Assembly (NCBI GenBank): GCA_016235455.1
Contig: JACRKZ010000082.1
Coordinates: 16,894 to 80,893 of the forward strand
Length of the DNA: 64,000 nucleotides
Source of the DNA: Armatimonadota bacterium
Lineage (GTDB): Bacteria > Armatimonadota > UBA10988
Direction of reading: 5' to 3'
Made by a program: the position numbers and the translations under genes. Below are positions 9,282 through 17,815 of this stretch, one piece after another (the stretch's first letter is position 1; each line of letters begins with the position of its first letter). The notes under the pieces are model-generated. The model did not search any database, was not told the origin of the DNA, and saw nothing but the letters and a program-made list of their open reading frames with translations.

Positions 9282-10759
9282 AGGCCACCTCCCACCGTGA
9301 TGCGCGCGCGGTTGCTCGGCAGGCTCCAGGGCGTCGACTGCTCGAACGCATAGGACAGCGAGAACAGCGTCTCTTCCTCCCAGTGCCGGCCGATGAGCTG
9401 CAGGCCGATGGGCTTGCTCTGCTCGTCGAACCCGCACGGGATGCAGATGCCCGGCAGGCCGGCCAGGCTGGCCGGCAGGGTGAAGACGTCGCTCAGGTAC
9501 ATCTGCACCGGGTCGTCGAGCTTGGCGCCCAGCGGGAAGGCCGTGGTCGGCGAGGCCGGGCCGACGATGGCGTCGACCTGTTCGAAGGCCTTGGCGAAGT
9601 CGTCGCGGATGAGCGTGCGCACCTTCTGCGCCTGCACGTAGTAGGCCTCGGCATAGCCGGCCGACAGCGCATAGGTGCCGAGCATGATGCGGCGCTTGAC
9701 CTCGGCGCCAAAGCCGGCGCCACGGGTGTTGCTATACGCGTCCCACATGGTCTCGCCGGGCTTCGGCACACCGTAGCGGATGCCGTCGAACCGCGCCAGA
9801 TTGGCGCTCACCTCACACGGCATGATGACATAGTAGGTGGACAGGCCGTACTCGGTGTGCGGCAGGCTTACTTCGACCGCCTCGGCGCCGAGACTGACCA
9901 ACTGCTCGATGGCCGCGCGCACGCTGGCCGACACCGCCGGCTCCATGCCGTCAATGAAGTACTCGCGCGGCACGCCGATGCGCAGCCCCTTGATGTCTCG
10001 GCCGCAGGCCGCGCGGTAGTCGGGCACGAGCCGCGCCGATGACGTGGAGTCCAGTTCGTCGCGACCCGAGATGCACTCGGCCACCGCGGCGCAGTCGCGC
10101 ACGGTACGGGCAAACGGGCCGACCTGGTCGAGACTGGAGGCCATGGCGATGACGCCCCAGCGCGAGACCCGGCCATAGGTGGGCTTGAGACCCACCACGC
10201 CGCACAGGCTGGCCGGCTGGCGGATCGAGCCGCCGGTGTCGGTGCCCAGGCTGAAGAAGGCCTGGTCGGCGGCAACCGCCGTGGCCGAGCCGCCACTGGA
10301 GCCGCCGGGCACGCAGTCGGGGCAGAACGGGTTGCGCGTGGGATGGTAGGCGCTGGTCTCGCACGAACTGCCCATGGCGAACTCGTCGAGATTGGCCTTA
10401 CCGGTCATCACGTAGCCCGCCGCGCGCAGCTGCTTGACGACAAACGCGTCGTAGATGGGCCGGTAGCCTTCGAGGATGCGCGAGCCGGCGGTGGTCTGCA
10501 CGCCCTCGGTGCAGATCAGGTCCTTGATGGCACCGGGAATGCCGCACAGCAACGGCGCGTCGCCGGCCTGGAGCCGCTGGTCGGCCGCGGCGGCCATGGC
10601 CAGCGCCTGCTCGGGCGTGGGCAGAATGTAAGAGGCGATGGTCGGCTCGACCTGCTCCGAGCGCGCCAGCACGGCCTGGGTCAGCTCGACACTGCTGGTC
10701 TCGCCGGCGCGTAGCGCGGCGGCAGCCTGCTCGATGGTCAGGTGGGTGAGGTCACTCAT
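9278..10759 (-). CDS. gatA: Asp-tRNA(Asn)/Glu-tRNA(Gln) amidotransferase subunit A
   Basis: Amidase signature GKANLDEFAMGSS, PGGSSGGS and GTDTGGSIRQPA, plus EVKRRIMLGTYALSAGY. Confidence 0.98.
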   Translation of the reverse strand: MSDLTHLTIEQAAAALRAGETSSVELTQAVLARSEQVEPTIASYILPTPEQALAMAAAADQRLQAGDAPLLCGIPGAIKDLICTEGVQTTAGSRILEGYRPIYDAFVVKQLRAAGYVMTGKANLDEFAMGSSCETSAYHPTRNPFCPDCVPGGSSGGSATAVAADQAFFSLGTDTGGSIRQPASLCGVVGLKPTYGRVSRWGVIAMASSLDQVGPFARTVRDCAAVAECISGRDELDSTSSARLVPDYRAACGRDIKGLRIGVPREYFIDGMEPAVSASVRAAIEQLVSLGAEAVEVSLPHTEYGLSTYYVIMPCEVSANLARFDGIRYGVPKPGETMWDAYSNTRGAGFGAEVKRRIMLGTYALSAGYAEAYYVQAQKVRTLIRDDFAKAFEQVDAIVGPASPTTAFPLGAKLDDPVQMYLSDVFTLPASLAGLPGICIPCGFDEQSKPIGLQLIGRHWEEETLFSLSYAFEQSTPWSLPSNRARITVGGGL

Positions 10760-11079
10760 CAGGCTGACTCCTCGAGAATGGCGCGCACGCGGAAGGCGCC
10801 GGATTCGGTGTCGGCCGCATTGGCGATGATGCGCTCTTGAGGCATGGATGGACGCGGCACATCTGGTCGTACCACGTTGCCCTCGGCTTCCACGGCCATG
10901 GCGGTAGGCTCGATGTTGCTGACATCGACCTCATTGAGCCGCGCCACATGGTGCAGGATGTTGGTCAGGTCGGTCGCGTACTTGGCGATCTCGGCCTCGG
11001 TGAGCGACAGACGGGCCAGCCAGGCCAAGTGCTGCACATCCTCGATGGGCACCTGCGTGCGTGCGGTGGATTCAGGCAT
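10759..11079 (-). CDS. gatC: Asp-tRNA(Asn)/Glu-tRNA(Gln) amidotransferase subunit C
   Basis: DVQHLAWLARLSL, LNEVDVSNIEP and NAADTESGAFRVRAIL; lies directly upstream of gatA. ATG 11079 with a GGAGG RBS. Confidence 0.93.
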   Translation of the reverse strand: MPESTARTQVPIEDVQHLAWLARLSLTEAEIAKYATDLTNILHHVARLNEVDVSNIEPTAMAVEAEGNVVRPDVPRPSMPQERIIANAADTESGAFRVRAILEESA

Positions 11080-11101
11080 AGAGCGGCCTCCGACGCGAGG
11101 C

Positions 11102-11130
11102 AGTATGCCGGATGAGGGCCGATTCGTCAA
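11102..11130 (-). promoter_or_regulatory. Sigma70-type promoter for gatCAB
   Basis: TTGACG-17 nt-CATACT on the minus strand, ending about 22 nt before the gatC start. Confidence 0.65.
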
Positions 11131-11179
11131 CGCGACGGGGGCTGCGCTACAATGGTGGCAAGAGGCACTGGAGGCACCC

Positions 11180-11749
11180 ATGTCAGCCGTGGAGACACAG
11201 CCCATCCCGCCTGTGACTGCTGAGCAGTTCAGCAAGTTGGCGGCGTCGCTGGGTCGTTGCGAACTGATCGAGGGGAGGATCGTGACCATGGCGCCTGCGC
11301 ATGGCCCTCACGGTGTGGCCGGGCAGCGGTTGGCCGTTGCCGTCGCCCATTGGGTGGCCGACCACGAACTAGGCGAGACAGTCCTAGCCGAGACAGGGTT
11401 TGTGCTGGCCACCGAGCCAGACACCGTCCGCGCCCCGGACTTGGCGGTGATCCCAGCAGACCGCATGCCGGATCCGGTCCCCGACGGTTGGCTGGGCGCT
11501 GTGCCCGTCCTGACGATCGAGGTGGCCTCGGCCGATGCGCGCCAAGCCGAGGTGCTCCACAAGGTGGGCTTGTGGCTTGACTTCGGCGTCAGCGTGGTCT
11601 GGGTGCTCTACCTGGGCCAGCGCTGTCTCGTGGAGTTCCGCGCCGGCGACCTCATTCGCCGCTTCGGCGAAGACGACACAGTCACGTGCGAGGACGTCCT
11701 GCCCGGCTTCGCCTACCCGCTTGGCCGAGCACTGCGCGGCATCGCCTGA
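11180..11749 (+). CDS. Uma2 family (DUF820) PD-(D/E)XK endonuclease-like protein
   Basis: ELIEGRIVTMAP..H, ETGFVL..PDTVRAPDLA, IEVAS, WLDFGV..VW and EDVLPGF. GGAGG RBS. Confidence 0.9.
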   Translation: MSAVETQPIPPVTAEQFSKLAASLGRCELIEGRIVTMAPAHGPHGVAGQRLAVAVAHWVADHELGETVLAETGFVLATEPDTVRAPDLAVIPADRMPDPVPDGWLGAVPVLTIEVASADARQAEVLHKVGLWLDFGVSVVWVLYLGQRCLVEFRAGDLIRRFGEDDTVTCEDVLPGFAYPLGRALRGIA

Positions 11750-11961
11750 CGCTCCGCCTCTCGTGTCCGCGCCGCGCGGCTCAACGCCGCCACCGGGCAC
11801 TGCCGCAGGCACACCCAGCAGGCCGTGCAGGCCTCGAGGATCCGCGCCTGGCACCCGTCCATGACGATGGTGTCGTGCGGGCAGGCCAACTCGCAGTAGC
11901 CGCAGCCCGTGCAGCGCTCGGGGTCAACCGCCGCGATCTGCTCGGCCGGTCGTCTGGCCAT
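11713..11961 (-). CDS. 2x[4Fe-4S] ferredoxin-like protein
   Basis: CTGCGYCELACP and CTACWVCLRQCP motifs. Confidence 0.88.
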   Translation of the reverse strand: MARRPAEQIAAVDPERCTGCGYCELACPHDTIVMDGCQARILEACTACWVCLRQCPVAALSRAARTREAERQAMPRSARPSG

Positions 11962-11964
11962 GCG

Positions 11965-13260
11965 CTATGCCTCCAGCCCGAGGTGCCGCGCCATGGTGGC
12001 CGCGGCCGAGGCCACCACTTCCGCGGCGAAGCCATCGCCCGCGGAGTCGTGGCTGACCAGGTACAGGCCGTCGAGGCCGGGGCAGACCACCGGGCAGCGC
12101 CCGCGCCCGTGGTGCGCGATGCCTTGCGCCAGCCGCGCGGCGGGCCAGCGGCCGCGAAACACGCTCACGTGGAAGACGTCGTCGGGCGCGACACTGGGGA
12201 ACAGCGCGCGCACCTCGTCCACGCCGGCGGCCACGCGCGCGGGCGTGAACGTCTCGGGCCGCAGCACCTGGTAGGCCAGCAGGTAGTGCCAGCCGGGCGG
12301 CGCCAACTCCGGCGCACCGGCCGAGATCTGGATGTAGCCAGACACATGGCGTGAGTCCAGCGGCACCTCGATGCCCGCATGGGGCACCAGTGGCTGCCGC
12401 GAGCGGACGCTGATGGACGCGCCCCAGGCCGGCACGGACCGCGCCAGCAGGTGCCGCAGTGCCGCCGGGCAGGCATTGCCCAGCAGGTCGGCCGCCACGC
12501 CAAGGCCCGTGCCCAGCACCACGACGTCGGCCGGCATGATCTGGCCGGACTCGGTCACCACTCCGCGGGCCGAGCGGCCGCTGACGAGGACACGGCGGAC
12601 TCCCTGCCGCAGATGGATGTGGCCGCCATGCGCGCGGATGATGTCGGCCAAGGCCGAGGTGATCGACTTGACGCCGCCACGCACCACGCCCTCGGTGTGC
12701 CAGCGCTGGCTCCACATGCCGCAACCCAGATCGCGCACCGACGTCTCACCCAGCGGCACGCCGATAGAGAACTCGATGATGCGACCGGCGATGCGCAGCG
12801 TATCGGCCGGCACGTCCCACCGACGCAGCCACTGCTCGAAGGTGACATCGGGCAGCACGGGTCCAGCGGCCAGCGCACCGATGGCCGCGCCCAGTCGCCA
12901 GCGGCCCCGGCGCGGCAGCGTCTGCCAGAAGGTGTTGGGGCGTAGCACGTTCTTGGAGACGACAAAGCGCTCGTCGCCGCGGCGCACAACGAAAGACGGC
13001 CGCGGCAGGTGGAGTTGCAGATCGACCCCAAGCCGAGCGCAGGCCCGCGCAATTGGGCCATGGCCGCCGCCCGGCAAGGTGTGGAACGCGCCCGTGGGCA
13101 CCGCGAAGCCGTCACGGTCGAAACTGGTGAACTTGCCGCCGACAAAGGCCAGCGGTTCGAACAGCTCCACGCGGTAGCCGGCGCGGGCCAGGTAGGCGCC
13201 ACTCAGCAGCCCACCCAGCCCGGCACCGGCAATCACCGCGCTTGGCGGCTGGTCGCGCAC
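11965..13260 (-). CDS. FAD-dependent oxidoreductase, phytoene dehydrogenase-related (COG1233-like)
   Basis: Rossmann motif IAGAGLGGLLSGAYLA followed by GG(K)F..FDRDGF. Start is GTG 13260 or TTG 13272. Confidence 0.85.
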   Translation of the reverse strand: MRDQPPSAVIAGAGLGGLLSGAYLARAGYRVELFEPLAFVGGKFTSFDRDGFAVPTGAFHTLPGGGHGPIARACARLGVDLQLHLPRPSFVVRRGDERFVVSKNVLRPNTFWQTLPRRGRWRLGAAIGALAAGPVLPDVTFEQWLRRWDVPADTLRIAGRIIEFSIGVPLGETSVRDLGCGMWSQRWHTEGVVRGGVKSITSALADIIRAHGGHIHLRQGVRRVLVSGRSARGVVTESGQIMPADVVVLGTGLGVAADLLGNACPAALRHLLARSVPAWGASISVRSRQPLVPHAGIEVPLDSRHVSGYIQISAGAPELAPPGWHYLLAYQVLRPETFTPARVAAGVDEVRALFPSVAPDDVFHVSVFRGRWPAARLAQGIAHHGRGRCPVVCPGLDGLYLVSHDSAGDGFAAEVVASAAATMARHLGLEA

Positions 13261-13261
13261 G

Positions 13262-14320
13262 CTACTTGGCAAACGACGCCTGATACTCGGCCCACAGGGT
13301 GTCGAGATCGGCGCCGGTCCAGCGGGCCCACACGTCCGGGCTGTACTGGTTGCGGCGCATGGCGGTGCTCAGCTTGACGGTCAGACCAGGCGCGCGATGC
13401 GTCTCAATCCAGTCGAGGAACGCGCCGGTGCGCTGGTACGAGTCGCGGTAGCTGCCGCCGGGCCGCGGCTTGGGGCGATGCCCGAGCGTTTCGTAGTTCC
13501 ACCAGCGAGCCCAGTCGGTGATGCCTTCGACCAGCCACACCGGGTCATAGCGAGGGTAGTGCTGGATGACATGGATGCTCTCGTGGATCATCGCGCCCAC
13601 GTCGTCGCGGTGCGCGCGGAACCACTGGGCGGAGCCGGTGATGTGCGTGCCACCCGTGGCCGCCACGCCGTCCTGCTCCTTGATGTCCATGTCGATGCGC
13701 CGCGCGGGCCGATAGCCGTCGCTGGCGAGCATTTCGCAGAAGAACGGCCACCAGGTCATCACCGTGCGCCGCATCCCCACCGACCAGTCCTTGAGGTCGG
13801 CCGCCTGGCAGTCGACAAGCAGGTCCAGCGGGTAGCTGTAGCGCGGCACGGCCGGAGTACTGCTCAGCCACAGTTCGCGCACCACCAGCGGGTCGGTGCC
13901 GTCGGCGGTGACCTTCAGGCGCAAGGCCTTGACCTGGCGCCCATCGAGCTTGGTCTTGGCGGTGCCGGCGTCGACCTTGGCCACATCTTCCCAGGCCTTG
14001 CCGTCGACCGAGACCTCCAGCGCGCCGGCGGCCAGCTTGGCCGAGCCATCGGCTTCACCGGTCAGCACGGCCAGTTCCTTGACCGCCACCGGCTCGCTGA
14101 GCTCGACGGTCAGCGTGTCGCCGCTCTTGGCGGGCCCCGCCGACTTGTAGCTGGTGGTGTCATCGCCGTCGAAGGCACACTGCCCCACGCGGTCGCCCGC
14201 GGGCTGCTGGCTGGATTCCAGCCAGGGCTGCGGCCCGGTCAGCTTGTCAGGAGGGGTCGGCGCGGCAAACACCGGAACGCACACGGCCAGAGCGGCCCAC
14301 GACAGTCTCATTGGCTTCAC
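13262..14320 (-). CDS. Secreted basic secretory protein (BSP)-family zinc peptidase with an N-terminal discoidin/F5-8-like domain
   Basis: Signal peptide; AFDGDDTT (discoidin-like); HESIHVIQHY, WLVEGITDWARW and SYQRTGAFLDWI. Confidence 0.85.
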   Translation of the reverse strand: MKPMRLSWAALAVCVPVFAAPTPPDKLTGPQPWLESSQQPAGDRVGQCAFDGDDTTSYKSAGPAKSGDTLTVELSEPVAVKELAVLTGEADGSAKLAAGALEVSVDGKAWEDVAKVDAGTAKTKLDGRQVKALRLKVTADGTDPLVVRELWLSSTPAVPRYSYPLDLLVDCQAADLKDWSVGMRRTVMTWWPFFCEMLASDGYRPARRIDMDIKEQDGVAATGGTHITGSAQWFRAHRDDVGAMIHESIHVIQHYPRYDPVWLVEGITDWARWWNYETLGHRPKPRPGGSYRDSYQRTGAFLDWIETHRAPGLTVKLSTAMRRNQYSPDVWARWTGADLDTLWAEYQASFAK

Positions 14321-14371
14321 CTCGGTGTAGTAAACGAGCGGATAGGATACACGATCTGCTCCGGCTCATGC

Positions 14372-15694
14372 TCAATCGATCATACTGACCACTGTCATGA
14401 CGCACATCGTGCCGTCGAGGTTCACCACTTCGAAGTTGGCGCGACTGCGCCTGATCTGGCCACTGGCCAACCGGAAGTCGGCCTCCCGGCCAACCACGCG
14501 CCCATGCCGGCGCAGTTCCTGCACCACTGCCTCGCGTTGGGCCGGTGACGACCAGAGCCGGAGGTCGTAGCTGGTCTTGCCGATGACCTCGCTGCGCGCA
14601 TAGCCGGAAACGGCGGTGAAGCTGTCGCTGCAGTCGACCACCATGCCGTCCTCGAGGGTGGTGATGATGACGGCGTCCGGGACGTTGCGGAACGCCGCGG
14701 CGAGTTTGCGCTCGGCCTGCGCGAGCCGGCGCTGCTCAACGCCACGGCCGACCAGCAGACCCAACATGCGCGCTGATGAGCGAAGCCGTTCGCGCACCAG
14801 GCCGAACAGATAGGCCGGCCGGCGCGGATGTTGATCGGCCACGCCGAGCAGCAGTCCGGGATCCACGCCGTAGCGTTCCGCCACCAGGTGCAGGCTGGCG
14901 ATGTCGCTGGGTGGATCGGACACGGAGCCGCACAGAGCGCCCACCACGCCGCGATCGGTGAGGATGGGCACAGCATGGATTGCTACGCCGCCGGCACAGA
15001 CCGTGTCGGCCGCCCGGCCCGTGGTCAGCACCGGCATAACCGCGCCATGCCAGCGGCACTCATGGCAGATCCAACGCCCGCTGCGAAGAGCATCCTGCGC
15101 CCGGCCTCCAGCAGACTCGAACGACGTCTGGTCGAGCCACTGGCACCATCGTCCTCCGTGGCAGCCGGCGACGAAGCTGCCATCGCCCTCGAAGGCCCAG
15201 ACACTCGACCCGGCCATCGTCGCTATCTCGTGCACAACCGCGTCCAGCACCTCGACGCTCGCCAGTTCGCCCAGCAACGTCTGGCCTCGGGTTTGGCCAG
15301 TCGACTCGCCGCTCGTCGAAGGGCGGCCGTAGAGGGCTCCGCCAGCGGCTTGGCTGGATACTCCGTCGTGGTAGCCACAGACTTCTGTGGGCCGGCAGAC
15401 CACCGACACGTGCGCCAGCGCGCCCGGTATCATGGCGACGCTTGCCACCACCGGCTGTGCGCCGGCGACCAGGCGCAGATCCAGCTGCGTGGGCAGCGTC
15501 GTGGCCTGCGCCAGAGCCTGGGCGAATCGCGGGCGGTCGTCAGCATGTACAATTTCGGCAGCCGCCATGCCCACCGTCTGCGCCGCCCAATCGGCAGCAG
15601 TCGCCGGCTCCAGGCTGGCCGCGCGCACAATGCCCGCCCAGTCCAGGACGAACGCCACCTCGTTCCACACATCCATAGAGCCGCATGCCCTCAC
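14372..15694 (-). CDS. PAS-PocR-PAS sensor protein without an output domain
   Basis: PocR-like Cys pattern (WCQWLD, WICHEC, CAGGVAIHAVPI). C-terminal PAS (AFRNVPDAVIITTLEDG..SGYARSEVIGKT), then a stop. Alternative start ATG 15676. Confidence 0.75.
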   Translation of the reverse strand: MRACGSMDVWNEVAFVLDWAGIVRAASLEPATAADWAAQTVGMAAAEIVHADDRPRFAQALAQATTLPTQLDLRLVAGAQPVVASVAMIPGALAHVSVVCRPTEVCGYHDGVSSQAAGGALYGRPSTSGESTGQTRGQTLLGELASVEVLDAVVHEIATMAGSSVWAFEGDGSFVAGCHGGRWCQWLDQTSFESAGGRAQDALRSGRWICHECRWHGAVMPVLTTGRAADTVCAGGVAIHAVPILTDRGVVGALCGSVSDPPSDIASLHLVAERYGVDPGLLLGVADQHPRRPAYLFGLVRERLRSSARMLGLLVGRGVEQRRLAQAERKLAAAFRNVPDAVIITTLEDGMVVDCSDSFTAVSGYARSEVIGKTSYDLRLWSSPAQREAVVQELRRHGRVVGREADFRLASGQIRRSRANFEVVNLDGTMCVMTVVSMID

Positions 15695-15793
15695 CGGGAA
15701 CGCAGAACGCCCCGCGCCAGCCTGGCAGTGGAAGTACTGACCGCGTCTGGGTAGAATAGGGCCAACAGCCTACCACGGCATGGAATCGCCAAC

Positions 15794-16960
15794 ATGAACG
15801 GCAGTCTGCTCAACCGCGCCATTGCCTGCCTGCCCCTGCTGATGCTCGGAGGTGTCTGCATGAGTCAACCCGGTCCCACGACACACTGCACCGACCTGCG
15901 CCCCCGCTGGGCCGAGTTGGGCCTGACCCCCAAGTCGCAGCATCCGCGCGGGACCTGCTCGGTCTTCGCCACCACGGGGCTGCTCGAGTTTGAGCTGGCC
16001 AGCGCCCACGGGCCAGGGCCGCGGCTGTCCGAGGAGTTCGTCAACTGGGCCTCGCACACCGCCAGCGGTCGCGACTCCGACGGCTCGTTCTTCTCCGACG
16101 CCATCGACGGCCTGCAGCTCTACGGCGCGTGTGTGGAGCAACTGCTGCCCTACGCGGCCGAGTTCGATGCCAAGCTGCAGCCGAGTGCCGAGGCCAGTAG
16201 CGACGCGGCCACGCGGCGCGGCGTCACCAGCTACTGGATCAAGCTCTGGGATGTTCACACGGGCATGACCGAGACCATGCTGGCGCGCATTCGGCAGAGC
16301 CTGGACCAGGGCCATCCGGTCGCGTTGGGCATGCGCTGGCCCAATGAGGAAAGCTACGATGAGCACCACGTGCTGGCGCTGCCGCCGGCCGACAAGGTGT
16401 TCGACGGACACAGCGTGGTGCTGGTCGCCTATCGCGAGGACGCCAAGCTGCCCGGCGGCGGCGCCTTCTGTTTCCGCAACTCATCGGGACCCAAGTGGCA
16501 GGATGCCGGACACGCCTGGCTATCGTATGGCTACGTGGCCGCCTACGGCAACGACGCCGTGGGCTTGCGCCTGGCCGGGCCATCGACCGCCGTCGCCGAC
16601 GAGACCGCCCTGCCCATCGCCGCTCTGCCCGTCAGTTCGAGTCACGGCGAAGCCGGCGCGGCGAAGTACGAGGTGCGGTGGCGCGTGGACGTGCCTGCCG
16701 CCGATCTGTACGAGTTGGCCATCTGGGCCACGCGCGGCGGCGATGCCGGCATCGCGCGCGTGGGCGCGAACAAGCTCACGCTGCAGGCCGGCCTCGACCT
16801 GTACGCGGCCGACGGCCAGGCGGCGCAACGCATCGTACTGGGGGTGATGCCGCTGGCGGCAGGCGCCAACACTGTGACGGTCGAGTGCCGGGGCAAAAAC
16901 AGCGCATCCGGCGGGTACCGCCTGCCGATTGACAAGCTGGTACTCCGCCGGATGCCATAG
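15794..16960 (+). CDS. Secreted papain-like (C1 family) cysteine protease with a C-terminal CBM-like beta sandwich
   Basis: Catalytic Gln/Cys in KSQHPRGTCSVFA, LSEEF, His in GHSVVLVAY and Asn in FRNSSG. Confidence 0.85.
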   Translation: MNGSLLNRAIACLPLLMLGGVCMSQPGPTTHCTDLRPRWAELGLTPKSQHPRGTCSVFATTGLLEFELASAHGPGPRLSEEFVNWASHTASGRDSDGSFFSDAIDGLQLYGACVEQLLPYAAEFDAKLQPSAEASSDAATRRGVTSYWIKLWDVHTGMTETMLARIRQSLDQGHPVALGMRWPNEESYDEHHVLALPPADKVFDGHSVVLVAYREDAKLPGGGAFCFRNSSGPKWQDAGHAWLSYGYVAAYGNDAVGLRLAGPSTAVADETALPIAALPVSSSHGEAGAAKYEVRWRVDVPAADLYELAIWATRGGDAGIARVGANKLTLQAGLDLYAADGQAAQRIVLGVMPLAAGANTVTVECRGKNSASGGYRLPIDKLVLRRMP

Positions 16961-16992
16961 GCGAGGCCGCGTCTGGGCGCTGCCCCGCGGCC

Positions 16993-17700
16993 TCACATGG
17001 GCACCGCCCAGACGTTGCGGAACGAGACCAGGTCGTGGTTCCCCTGCAGCACGATCGGGGCCTTGGCCACTTCGCCGGGGAAGTCGCCGTACTGGATGCC
17101 GGTCGGGCCGTTGAAGTCCTCGTTCATCATGGTCACGACGCCGTTCTGGATGACGGTGGCGCGGGCCTTCTCGGTCACCTTGCCGTCGGCATCGAAGCGC
17201 GGGGCGCGGAAGAAGATGTCATAGCTCTGCCACTGGCCGGCGGGTTTGCAGGCGTTGACGCGGGCGGCCTTCTGGTTGTAGAAGCCGGCGCAGTCCTGCG
17301 GGCCCTGCTTGACGCCGAACGAGTTCATGATCTGCACTTCATAGCGGCCCATGAAGCCGACCCCGGCGTTGCCGTGACCGATGGGCTTGCCCTCGGCATC
17401 GGCCGGGCAGCGGAACTCGAGGTGCAAGTAAAGGTCGCCGAACTCGGCCTTGCTGGTGATGTCGCTCTTGTCGGGCGTGAAGCACCCGTCGGCCATCTTC
17501 CAGCCGCAGTCGTCCTTGCTGCCGCGCTTATACCAGTTGGCGCCGGCGCTCTCGGGCTTGTCACTCATCAGGACCACCGCGCCAGCCGACGGAGTCGTGG
17601 GCATCGGCAGCACCACCGGCGCCGGCGCGTCCTGCGCGGCGGCCAGCGTGCCCATCGTCGCGGCCCCCAGGGCCAGCAGCATGCTCTTTGTGCGTGTCAT
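16993..17700 (-). CDS. DUF1080 / 3-keto-disaccharide hydrolase domain protein, secreted
   Basis: FGDLYLHLEF, GNAGV, YEVQIMNS, GQWQSYDI.F and LQGNH..VSFRNVW; signal peptide. Confidence 0.9.
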   Translation of the reverse strand: MTRTKSMLLALGAATMGTLAAAQDAPAPVVLPMPTTPSAGAVVLMSDKPESAGANWYKRGSKDDCGWKMADGCFTPDKSDITSKAEFGDLYLHLEFRCPADAEGKPIGHGNAGVGFMGRYEVQIMNSFGVKQGPQDCAGFYNQKAARVNACKPAGQWQSYDIFFRAPRFDADGKVTEKARATVIQNGVVTMMNEDFNGPTGIQYGDFPGEVAKAPIVLQGNHDLVSFRNVWAVPM

Positions 17701-17815
17701 CGGCACATCTCCCGGTTGGCCCATTCACCATCGACGCGCGCGCACCTGCACGCGCGCGGCCGGCGTGCGAATCGATCCGCCGATCCGTTATGTCGCTCAC
17801 CGATACGAGCCCGGC

